From positions 13,299-77,298 of IMG/VR virus record IMGVR_UViG_3300010397_000003: a stretch of DNA of 64,000 nt; one strand, written 5' to 3'. This DNA comes from a virus. Positions within the stretch are counted from its first letter, which is position 1. Every line of letters begins with the position of its first letter. The notes beneath the pieces are model-generated. The model saw only the letters and a program-made list of their open reading frames with translations, did not search any database and was not told the origin of the DNA. Shown piece after piece: positions 25,767 through 34,133 of the stretch. Made by a program: the position numbers and the translations under genes.

Positions 25767-26084
25767 TCATGTATATAATCCCGCCGCTGACTGTTGAGCT
25801 TGCCGTCTGCGAGCTTGAGCGCCGCCTAAGCGTAGACAGGAAACCCGCCAAGAAATAAGCGTTGCGTGAAGTGGGCTTTCCCGCGGAGCGTCTAACGTAC
25901 CGCCTGCCCAGCCAATCCAATACATTACCACTACCACAAGAATCGTGATCAGCGCTGGAATAATGACGTACCTGAGAGACTCGGCTATTCCTTTCCGTCT
26001 CAGTAATCTATTCAAACACCAGAGAAGAGTTCCGCCAATCACCAGAAATAGAAGAGCCGAAAGGGCGAGTGCTGGAAATGACAT
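25767..26084 (-). CDS. Two-TM membrane protein; 3' end formed by the IS TIR
   Basis: Two hydrophobic helices; last codons and stop lie inside 25759-25783. Confidence 0.45.
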   Translation of the reverse strand: MSFPALALSALLFLVIGGTLLWCLNRLLRRKGIAESLRYVIIPALITILVVVVMYWIGWAGGTLDAPRESPLHATLISWRVSCLRLGGAQARRRQAQQSAAGLYT

Positions 26085-26134
26085 GTCCGCATTATCTCAG
26101 ACATCCAACACGAGCGCACGCCGATTTCGTGATT

Positions 26135-27742
26135 TTATTTCTTCTCAGGGTTTGCCTTCGCCGCCACTCTATAACGCGCATGTCTGCGTAGCCTGTCAAT
26201 TCTCTTTTGCTGAACCTCTATTTGAGATTGCATCTTCCTAATCTGCTCTTGCTGTTCCTGCACAGCCTTCACCAACACGGCAGTTAGCTGTTGATACCGA
26301 ACGGCGTGTGGCGAGCCGTCTGACTCCGTGCTGACTAGACGACTATCAACTTTCGCAACGTCCTCAGCCATCAACCCAAGCTGTTCTCCTAAGCCGGTAG
26401 GGTTGTATTTAGGCTTCAGAAAATAGGAGACAGGCTGCAACTTCAATATCGTACTCAGACCAGAAGAGAGCGGACGTTCCTGTTGTTTGAACTTCCGAGA
26501 CGAAAGAAGGCAAGTGGTCGTGGTGTCTACGTTGATGATTCCAGTTCCCGTAGTCCAGCATACCGTTCCAGTGGTGGGTGCCGATGAGGTTCCCAAGCCT
26601 GGGAGTGAAACACTGGCCCCGCTAATTACAGGCTGGTTGATCGTGGGAAAGGTATCGTAGACCAGCTTTCCACCGCCGGTTGCGCCTGTACTTGTATTGC
26701 CCTCGAAAGTAGTGTGGCCAGTCGCGCTTAACGTAGTGAACGATCCCGCTAACGGCGTAGTCGTTCCAATGATGATGTTATTGAGTTGATTGCCGCCGCC
26801 TGAGATTGTGCCGCCGAGAGTAAAGGCCGGAAGCGTACCTGCCGATGAAGGTGAACCTAACGCACCGCCATTAGCTACAAACGCTCCTGCCGTGCCTACG
26901 TTGACCGCTAAAGCAGTTGCCACGCCAGTACCTAGCCCTGTAATGCCTCCTACGGGCACAGCAGCGGCGGTAATCGAGGTGTTACAACCAAACCCCGTGT
27001 TCGTTGTCCAGATCAACGCGCTGCCTGCCGTGCTGCACGTGCCTACTGTCAACGCCGTAGGAACGGCCGTACCTGACGTGGCGTTGCCTAGGACGGTGTT
27101 TGTAGCTTGCGTCGCCATCTTCGCAAGGGTGACGGCGTTGTTAGCGATTGCGAGAGCAAGTGACCCCGCGCTGTTAGTCACATCTCCCGTGTGAGCAGGT
27201 TCTTGTGCGGCTTGGAGGGTGCCGGTCAATCCCGTCGTCGGCAATCCAGAGCCGTTGGTGAGAGTAATCGAGGATGGGGTGCCACCTGCCCCGTTGAATA
27301 GAACTGGAGCGCCGGCAGATCCGATGTTGACACCCAACGCCGTGAGAATGCCCGTTCCGGTCGTTGTGGTAGAACTGGCTTGAGAGCCACCACCGATCAT
27401 CAAATTGTTAGAGGTGAGGCTTGCCGCGCTGGTAACACACGTCGCGCAGGCAATCGTGCCCGTGGACGTAATCGTTCCGCCTGTGATTGGCGATGTAGTG
27501 GCGATGGACGTGACCGTGCCGGGGCCTATCCCAAAATCACTCCAAGTGTTAGCCGTGAGACACTGGCGATCTTTATGAGTTGTTAAGTTGTGATAGACAT
27601 CGCCGGGAGCGCAGCTTGTTGGTTCAGAAGTAAGACGGCGAAAGCGAGACGCGGTTTGACTAACCGGGCCTGGCCCCGGCTGCGCCGATACGCTCACAGC
27701 TAAAGCCAACAAAAAAAGAGTAATGAGAATTAGACGTTTCAT
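26135..27742 (-). CDS. Tail fibre-like protein with C-terminal peptidase S74 chaperone and N-terminal signal-peptide-like sequence
   Basis: Gly/Thr-rich repeats; SSRKFK...L..I.KLQPVSY...GL.AEDV...L..VLVKAVQEQQ; MKRLILITLFLLALAVSVSA-Q. Confidence 0.8.
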   Translation of the reverse strand: MKRLILITLFLLALAVSVSAQPGPGPVSQTASRFRRLTSEPTSCAPGDVYHNLTTHKDRQCLTANTWSDFGIGPGTVTSIATTSPITGGTITSTGTIACATCVTSAASLTSNNLMIGGGSQASSTTTTGTGILTALGVNIGSAGAPVLFNGAGGTPSSITLTNGSGLPTTGLTGTLQAAQEPAHTGDVTNSAGSLALAIANNAVTLAKMATQATNTVLGNATSGTAVPTALTVGTCSTAGSALIWTTNTGFGCNTSITAAAVPVGGITGLGTGVATALAVNVGTAGAFVANGGALGSPSSAGTLPAFTLGGTISGGGNQLNNIIIGTTTPLAGSFTTLSATGHTTFEGNTSTGATGGGKLVYDTFPTINQPVISGASVSLPGLGTSSAPTTGTVCWTTGTGIINVDTTTTCLLSSRKFKQQERPLSSGLSTILKLQPVSYFLKPKYNPTGLGEQLGLMAEDVAKVDSRLVSTESDGSPHAVRYQQLTAVLVKAVQEQQEQIRKMQSQIEVQQKRIDRLRRHARYRVAAKANPEKK

Positions 27743-27755
27743 TTATGGTTCACCT

Positions 27756-30314
27756 CTATTGTGCCGCGGGCTGGATCATCTGAAAGTTCGTGCCATCGTA
27801 AACAGCCACCACTACACTACCCGCTTTAATGAAGTTATCAGGAGGATCAGTCGCAACGCCGCGCTTCAAAGCCTTTGCGCCAAGTCCGTTGATATTGACT
27901 GAGCAAGCTCCAGTGTTTGCTGTATTGGCCGTGAAAACAATAGTCATGCCCGTTACGTACGCAGTTACCGAGGAAAGCGTGATTGCGTAGGCGTCAGTTG
28001 AACCTGCATCTGCCCCGAAGTTTACCGCGCCGCTGTAGGTGACGTTTCCTCCTGTCGCAATCCGCATCCGCTCGATGTTGGCTGTCTGGAAGGTCAATGG
28101 CGCGGCGGCCACTTGGTTGATGACCAAAGCTACATTGTTCTGAGCTTGCCACTGAACTACCTGCCCCGCCGCGATTGATTGCGTTATGAAATCACTAGTG
28201 GCCGCGTCAGACACTAACTGTAGTCGAGTTTCGGCGCTCGCTCCCGCGTTGGGATTCTGAACGCGTAGTTGTCCCGACCCGTCAGTGTTTTTGTAAACAT
28301 GTAGAGCGGTAGACGGGGACGTGTTACCCGGTATGCCAATGCCATAAGGAATTGATTTTGCGCTATAAGTTGCGCTGCTTGGCCCGGCGTAATTTGCGGT
28401 ATCAAACTCGCCAGCGACCATAATGTACTGGCTCATGTCAAAAGTAGAACCATGCTGCCAGAAGCAATTAGTCATCGTAACGATGTCTGCTTGTGCCCCA
28501 CCTACAGGTGTCATGCGTATGCAAACATCACTTCCTGCCGTGGCGGATTGAGCAGCAACTATTGATGTGTAATTGACTTGGTAAACACCCCGAACATCAT
28601 AGCCGTTGCTGTCCGAGCCAACTTCGCAATTCTTAAAGCTAACATCAATACCGCCTGTTTGGATGATTGAGAACCCGAACCCTGTACTTGGTTGCGTAAG
28701 CCCCGCATCCGCGTTCGCGCTTTGCTCATAGCGGACGTTTTCAAATGACAATCCCTGGGAGGGTACGTTGGGCGATACTCGCGTATCGTTCATTCGGAAA
28801 CCGCCCACGCCCGCTGCCCAAGATTGGTAGCCTGTAAAAGAAACATTATCCAGTCCGATACCGTCGTCTACGTGGACGCAGTAATTCTTCCATCCAATTA
28901 GATATAGATCGTTGAAGTTCACCTGATCGAGGTCTTCGTTATCAGTTCGCGCAGTATTAGGATTGGCTGAAACAACAACGGGGCGATCCGCCCAAGACCG
29001 AATGTTGTCGAAAGCGGTCAGGTCGCGACCGCGAGTGTGAATTCCGATACTCGTACCGTTTACGTCGTGCCACATTGGAGCAGTAGCGCCGCCCCCCGTC
29101 ACCGTAATGTTAGGGCCGGTGATTACTACGTCGTCAAAGATGCACCCGTTAGTTAGGTCGGAATAATCTATTGCCGTTTTTGTAAAAGTCGAGTCATTAG
29201 AGGTGAGCGTAATCCCCTTCAAAGTAAACTGAGGAACTTGAGAAGCGCCTGCGGATATGCGTAGGCACGTAGAGTTACCTGTGGGCGCAAACCGAATAGA
29301 CGTTTTACCGGAACCCGCGCCTAGAAGCGCGATATATCCACGACTAACCAACACTTCACTTATGGTCTTGTACGTGCCAACGCCAAATAAAACCCTACCA
29401 CCAGTCAAGGGAACGGTAGCTACAGCCTGCTTAATTGGATTTGTACTATCGGCTGCCCCTGTACGATCAGCACCAAACCATCCTGCCGGAATATCGCCAT
29501 TCTGAGTTAGTGCGACAGTTCCCGTACCCGCAGCATCAAATAATTGCTGGTAAGGATCGGCCTCGATCAGCCCATTGAAGGTGAGCGTATTAGTCCCTCG
29601 CGTGATCACTCCATTAAGAAACATCACCCGTGCTGCGTTTAGCGTAGTGTTGCCTGAAAGCGTGAAGTTCTTATCAATTACCAGCGTCCCGCTCACCGCC
29701 GCCGCGTCAGCTAAAGCCAATGACGAATACTGAGACGCATAGAAGAGTCCAGTAGTCGAGGCTGGTACGCGAGGATCGTTGTCTCCTAACGCAATCGGAT
29801 CGACTACGTTGGCCGCCGGCACACTGAGTCTTACCCATCCTGCAATTACTGAAGTTGCAAACCTTAGAACCCCGATGACCGTGTTGATGTATTGCTGTAT
29901 CCACTGGTCGAGTCTGGTAATTGCATCGCTTTCAAAAAGCGTCTGTCCGGCATTGAGAAGTTTTAATGCCCCAAAGGTGATCGTTGGATTTGCAGACGGA
30001 ATGAACCCTTCAAAGATCACATTACGCGGACTCCCAGACTGATCCCAGAGTTGCCACGTCTCTCTGACGTTTGAACCTGTTTGGGGATTGTCAGTTGGAG
30101 TTGCGGGGAAGCTAGGGACGGTGACCGTGTTTCCTGATAGCGTGCAGGCTATTTCATCAAAGAAACTCGTTGAACTATTTTGGCTTCCTTCTGCATGAAA
30201 CACACCATCTACGTCAGTCCAATCCTGATCGTAGTATCGGCGGAGCTTGCAAGTGGTTCCAAGGAAATTACAATCCGGCAATTGGAACTCGGAGATTGTA
30301 ATGGTCGTCGGCAT
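27756..30314 (-). CDS. Tailspike with pectate-lyase-like beta-helix
   Basis: WFGA..TG..DST..I..AV......V.F..GTY entry motif; fibre-like C-terminus. Confidence 0.75.
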   Translation of the reverse strand: MPTTITISEFQLPDCNFLGTTCKLRRYYDQDWTDVDGVFHAEGSQNSSTSFFDEIACTLSGNTVTVPSFPATPTDNPQTGSNVRETWQLWDQSGSPRNVIFEGFIPSANPTITFGALKLLNAGQTLFESDAITRLDQWIQQYINTVIGVLRFATSVIAGWVRLSVPAANVVDPIALGDNDPRVPASTTGLFYASQYSSLALADAAAVSGTLVIDKNFTLSGNTTLNAARVMFLNGVITRGTNTLTFNGLIEADPYQQLFDAAGTGTVALTQNGDIPAGWFGADRTGAADSTNPIKQAVATVPLTGGRVLFGVGTYKTISEVLVSRGYIALLGAGSGKTSIRFAPTGNSTCLRISAGASQVPQFTLKGITLTSNDSTFTKTAIDYSDLTNGCIFDDVVITGPNITVTGGGATAPMWHDVNGTSIGIHTRGRDLTAFDNIRSWADRPVVVSANPNTARTDNEDLDQVNFNDLYLIGWKNYCVHVDDGIGLDNVSFTGYQSWAAGVGGFRMNDTRVSPNVPSQGLSFENVRYEQSANADAGLTQPSTGFGFSIIQTGGIDVSFKNCEVGSDSNGYDVRGVYQVNYTSIVAAQSATAGSDVCIRMTPVGGAQADIVTMTNCFWQHGSTFDMSQYIMVAGEFDTANYAGPSSATYSAKSIPYGIGIPGNTSPSTALHVYKNTDGSGQLRVQNPNAGASAETRLQLVSDAATSDFITQSIAAGQVVQWQAQNNVALVINQVAAAPLTFQTANIERMRIATGGNVTYSGAVNFGADAGSTDAYAITLSSVTAYVTGMTIVFTANTANTGACSVNINGLGAKALKRGVATDPPDNFIKAGSVVVAVYDGTNFQMIQPAAQ

Positions 30315-30704
30315 TTAGATTCCAAGGGTGATGATTTCAATGTCCTGACCCGCAGCGCTATAGATGTACACCGTGTTGTCGTCTACGGGGCCACGGAAGT
30401 AGTCAGCGAGACTATATGGCTGCTCCGCGACAGCTTTAGAGCCGCGATACAGCACTGGAGGTCCGGCAGCCGATGCGCTGCTCACAAACGCGTCGTGACC
30501 TACATAAACATCATCGGTTTGAGGGATCAAGCTTCCGCTAGACGACATGAATGAGTCGGCAGACTGTTGCGTGGTCGCCACGTTATTGCTGTCCATAACG
30601 AAGCCCCAGCCGAGTAGCCGCTTGAGCGCAGCAAGGGTCACGGCCCCGCCGGGATGTGCAACAGTAGCCGAAAAGAAATTACGTTTTTGGATCGTAGCTC
30701 CCAT
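30315..30704 (-). CDS. Small virion protein
   Basis: RBS GGAGG; position in the late operon. Confidence 0.55.
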   Translation of the reverse strand: MGATIQKRNFFSATVAHPGGAVTLAALKRLLGWGFVMDSNNVATTQQSADSFMSSSGSLIPQTDDVYVGHDAFVSSASAAGPPVLYRGSKAVAEQPYSLADYFRGPVDDNTVYIYSAAGQDIEIITLGI

Positions 30705-30714
30705 AACCCACCTC

Positions 30715-30756
30715 CAGAAAAGAAGGGGCAGCGCCCTATGGCTGAGACGCCACCCC
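30715..30756 (-). terminator. Rho-independent terminator-like hairpin
   Basis: GGGGTGGCGTC...GGCGCTGCCCC followed by TTCTTTTCT. Confidence 0.5.
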
Positions 30757-30765
30757 GCAGGAAAC

Positions 30766-31281
30766 TTAAACTGGCAAAAGATGTGACTCCATCAACTCGC
30801 TACGCATTGGCTCGGCATAAACGTCAAAATTCATCGCTGACCGTAATCGCGCCGGTTCACCTCTGACAACTGCGCCATCAGGAACATCTTTTGTAACAAC
30901 CGATCCGGCTCCAATCATTGCAGCCTTTCCAATAGTTACGCCTGGCAGAATGACGCTTCCCGCGCCAATGGAACATCCGTCCATCAATCGAGGTGGCTGC
31001 GCAAGGTACTCACTATTGCCCGCCCAAGGCCGCTTATCGTCGCAAAACATCACATGGGGAGCGATGAATACGCGCCTTCCGACTTGCGAGTTTGGAGGCA
31101 AAAACACAAATGCCCCTATTCGCGATCCATCGCCAATCACTGTTCCTTGCCCGACTTCAGCGTGAGAGCCTATCGAGCAGTTTTTGCCGACCTTGACGTT
31201 TTGGAGGACAACCGCGAAGTGCCAGACTTGCGCGCCTTCGCCGATTTCCGCGGTCTCGTCAATAAAGTTGGTTGGTTGCAT
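30766..31281 (-). CDS. Hexapeptide-repeat (LbH) sugar N/O-acetyltransferase, WbpD/WxcM-like
   Basis: IGEGAQVWHF, IAPHVMF.DD, IGAGSVILPGVTIG..AMIGAGSVVTKDVP....V.G.PAR. Confidence 0.9.
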   Translation of the reverse strand: MQPTNFIDETAEIGEGAQVWHFAVVLQNVKVGKNCSIGSHAEVGQGTVIGDGSRIGAFVFLPPNSQVGRRVFIAPHVMFCDDKRPWAGNSEYLAQPPRLMDGCSIGAGSVILPGVTIGKAAMIGAGSVVTKDVPDGAVVRGEPARLRSAMNFDVYAEPMRSELMESHLLPV

Positions 31282-32249
31282 ATTCCCTCGTAGATATTGC
31301 GCATCGCCAGCGCGGTTTCCGAAATATCAGGAACCTCTTGCTTGTCCTTTCGCGGCCCCACCTGTCCTTTCAAAACCGCAATCAGATCGGCGGCGGTCTG
31401 CCGTTGATCCCCTTCCGTTACCCAGAAGTCCGCATAGGGATTACCTGGATAGGAAATAACCCTGCATCCAGATGCGGAGGCTTCTAAGCACAGTCGATTA
31501 AAATCCCCGTAACGCACGTGAGAAAACTGGTAGTCAACTGACTTAAAGACGTTTCGGAGTTCAACGTGTGGAAACGTGAAGGATGAAATGTGAGCACCAA
31601 AACTCGCCCCGTTTCGGTTCACTAATGGAAAGAACCACCGATGCTTATCGTTGGGAAGATAGTTCACGTGGAGACTGGCGCTGGGGATTTCCTTATAGAC
31701 CCACGGCCACATGAGAAGTAAATCCAAGGGCCATTTGATCTGATGGCAATTCTCGGCGGAAAGCACCGAAGGATTCCCGGCCCACTTTCCGGCACTCTGA
31801 CCCTCCGCCCAGAACTTGCGATTGATCCCAAGGGGAACCAAGTGGACTTTCGTGCCTTTGTCTACCATTGTTTCCATGATTGCTTGATGCCGTGGCCAGA
31901 ACGTAACCCTGGCGTCAGCATTTTGCATCCAGTATTGAAAAAGCATCCACCCATCGCCATGCCCGTATCCGGTCTTTATCGACTCGACTGCCGAGTAGAA
32001 AATGTGCTCTGGCGTTCCGTGACACGGGAAAACGAGCTTTAGCGGCCGCGTTAATCGCGCCCTCATCTCGTTCGGGAAATGCGTGTGGGCCACATGCACG
32101 TCCGCGTCTGCCCACTCGTCCCACTCAACTGACCCTTGGATGTCAACTAAATGCGAGTCGAGTCCGATGGCCTGCTCCGCCGCCGAAATAGACCCCGCTA
32201 CGTTGTACATCCCCGAATTGGGGTACGCGACCCAATGACAGATTTTCAT
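31170..32249 (-). CDS. GT-B fold glycosyltransferase (GT4-like)
   Basis: MKI.H, H.H, HG, VPLGI, K...L, F....LEA.ASGC.VI motifs. Confidence 0.75.
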   Translation of the reverse strand: MKICHWVAYPNSGMYNVAGSISAAEQAIGLDSHLVDIQGSVEWDEWADADVHVAHTHFPNEMRARLTRPLKLVFPCHGTPEHIFYSAVESIKTGYGHGDGWMLFQYWMQNADARVTFWPRHQAIMETMVDKGTKVHLVPLGINRKFWAEGQSAGKWAGNPSVLSAENCHQIKWPLDLLLMWPWVYKEIPSASLHVNYLPNDKHRWFFPLVNRNGASFGAHISSFTFPHVELRNVFKSVDYQFSHVRYGDFNRLCLEASASGCRVISYPGNPYADFWVTEGDQRQTAADLIAVLKGQVGPRKDKQEVPDISETALAMRNIYEGICNQPTLLTRPRKSAKARKSGTSRLSSKTSRSAKTAR

Positions 32250-32713
32250 TAGGCCGAAATTGCGGCGCTTGTCGCGAACGACAGCAACGTACTCTGCGAT
32301 GTGTTCTGGCTGTCCGCTGTGGACTTGTTTTTTGAAGCCACGGTAACAGCCGACTCGCCCTTGCTGTCAGCAACAGACGTAGCCGTGGTGCCAGTGCCGC
32401 TATCGACAACTGCCGACACGATCGTCCATTTGTTATTGAACGCTCGCGCTTCAGCCATCTGTCCCGGCAGCATCACGGTTAGTCCTTCGATGCTGTCAGC
32501 GGAGTTGGCCGCGTAAGTGGCGTTTCCCGCCGAGCTGCTACTGTTGCCGATGATCTTGCGTCGATGATCAGCATCCAGAGTGGAAATGGCCGGAAAAGTT
32601 ATAGTCTTCCCTGTCGCAATCAGCGGAATGATCAGGTCGTCATTCTTGTCAATCGTGTAAGTGTTTGTCGGCCGTGCTTCCTGTTGGTAGTCGGTCCCAA
32701 TGCGCGTTCCCAT
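32249..32713 (-). CDS. Small virion/fibre protein
   Basis: ATG at 32713 after AAGGAG; TIT.PA and W.IVS fibre-like beta motifs. Confidence 0.55.
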   Translation of the reverse strand: MGTRIGTDYQQEARPTNTYTIDKNDDLIIPLIATGKTITFPAISTLDADHRRKIIGNSSSSAGNATYAANSADSIEGLTVMLPGQMAEARAFNNKWTIVSAVVDSGTGTTATSVADSKGESAVTVASKNKSTADSQNTSQSTLLSFATSAAISA

Positions 32714-32733
32714 AGTTTGTTTTCTCCTTCGCG

Positions 32734-33207
32734 TTATGCGCTCATCGGCGCAGCCCCAGCGGCAGCAGATAAGACCTGTGGCCCCCAAGGCTGAGTTTGT
32801 GTAATTGTTCCTGAACTTGTCCCGGTAGTCGTTCCGCCTGTTTGGGTCAACTGTGGCTGAGACATTCCGGCCACTGTTACATCGCGGGAATAGCCAAGCC
32901 TGTTGGCGTCATACTGTCCGCCTCGATAGGCTTCAGCTTCCTGTTGTCCTAATCGTTCCTCACCTGAGCGAATAATTGCGTCTCTTACTTCGGGGCTGTA
33001 ATTTGCTCCCAGAGGGTTGTTGAACCCGGATTTGAGTTGACTGCGAAGTTGTCCATATTGAGCGTGAAGCCCCGGATCGACCTCAAACTTAGCGCCCGAC
33101 AGCTTTGCTAATGCAGGAGTAGTCGGCGGCGTCTGATAGCCATAAGTCGCCGTGGTCGCTCCCGATTGGGTTGACTCTTGTTTCTGTTTCGAGCTGGAAA
33201 TTCCCGT
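32734..33207 (-). CDS. Putative DNA ejection/pilot protein with ACG start
   Basis: 158-codon open frame (M)GISSSKQKQESTQSG...AAAGAAPMSA; AGGTG 7 nt before ACG; missed by the ORF track. Confidence 0.6.
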   Translation of the reverse strand, partial: TGISSSKQKQESTQSGATTATYGYQTPPTTPALAKLSGAKFEVDPGLHAQYGQLRSQLKSGFNNPLGANYSPEVRDAIIRSGEERLGQQEAEAYRGGQYDANRLGYSRDVTVAGMSQPQLTQTGGTTTGTSSGTITQTQPWGPQVLSAAAGAAPMSA

Positions 33208-33276
33208 GGCTGTTCACCTGCAAGACAGAATGACTACCTCGCAGAGCAGGGTACTGGATATGCAGGGTTTAAGTTT

Positions 33277-33735
33277 TCAGGCCACGTAGCGAAGCCACGT
33301 ATGGGGGGAGTTATTGAAGGTAAGTTCTTTGTCGAGGGTATAGCCACAGTCTTCAAGAAACGCCTTTAGCGCTCTGTTTCGCGCCACGATGATAGCTGAG
33401 ACCTCAACGGCCCCATTCTGAATTAACCAAGTCGTCAGTTGGACTCCTCCCGCAACAAGATATTCTCGCGGAGCCTCACGTTTAGCCGTGAAGTGCATGT
33501 CGTAATAGTGAGGGGCATATTCTTTAACCATGTACGCTGCTAAAAACTCTCCATTGAATAATCCCATGACAACCCGATCTGGATTCGGCTCAACAAATTC
33601 TTCAAAGGGCATCTGCCCTCCACTAGCACGTTTAGAACGCATCGTGCGCCAGTTGTGGGCTTCGCGGAATAGATCAAAGTCTTGATCGGGACTGAGATGT
33701 CGGAGTTCGAGCTTGCTCATCCGATCTGTAACCAA
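33277..33735 (-). CDS. GNAT-like acetyltransferase of the virion module
   Basis: V...N.A...FLE.CGY motif; position usual for podovirus GNAT-like genes. Confidence 0.6.
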   Translation of the reverse strand: MVTDRMSKLELRHLSPDQDFDLFREAHNWRTMRSKRASGGQMPFEEFVEPNPDRVVMGLFNGEFLAAYMVKEYAPHYYDMHFTAKREAPREYLVAGGVQLTTWLIQNGAVEVSAIIVARNRALKAFLEDCGYTLDKELTFNNSPHTWLRYVA

Positions 33736-34133
33736 ACCGCAGCGCCAACAGCCACAGATACGGCCATCCAGTACGATGGAGTGACAGTGTTAAGCCAAAC
33801 TGATCCTGTCGCGTATCCCTGAGAACTATCATCACCTACCGCCGGATCGACTACCGCCGTGAGGTTGCTTTTCTTAGTGGATATCGGGTCAATCCCAGAA
33901 AGGTTGAATGAGATCGTTCCCGCTCCCTGGGTAAATGTCACCGTGACGCCGGCGGGCACAGTGCCCGATTGCAACGTAACCGGCCCTCCAAGTCCGTTCA
34001 GCGAGGCAACAAAGGCAGTAGACGGTAATTCCCCTGATCCCGGACTGGTGGATGGCCCAACCTGCCTTGCTTGGATGATCGCAATGTCAGGGTTTATTTC
34101 TGGCGGCCCATCGCCGCCCAGCTCGTTGTTCAT
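33717..34133 (-). CDS. Virion protein
   Basis: P.VGDDSSQGY..GS.W.N....W......GAAVW module. Confidence 0.6.
   Translation of the reverse strand: MNNELGGDGPPEINPDIAIIQARQVGPSTSPGSGELPSTAFVASLNGLGGPVTLQSGTVPAGVTVTFTQGAGTISFNLSGIDPISTKKSNLTAVVDPAVGDDSSQGYATGSVWLNTVTPSYWMAVSVAVGAAVWLQIG

Larger units (their letters stand above)
22953..25783 (+). mobile_element. IS1595-family element with passenger DNA
   Basis: 25-bp TIRs CGCAATTATATACTTGACATACCCA (22953-22977) and reverse complement of 25759-25783, 22/25 identical; transposase inside; no target duplication seen. Confidence 0.8.

Noticed and set aside
22953-25783. IS1595 transposase as the mobiliser of the cassettes
   Set aside because: Its TIR (ATTATATACTTGAC) shows no similarity to the cassette ends. 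It is not strictly excluded but has no support.
25767-26084. Holin call
   Set aside because: Two TM helices only, no adjacent endolysin, and the 3' end is altered by the IS.
30733-30743. GCCCTATGGCT, identical to part of the cassette repeat
   Set aside because: It lacks the GACGCC block and the inner L/R features; it is explained as part of a terminator-like hairpin.
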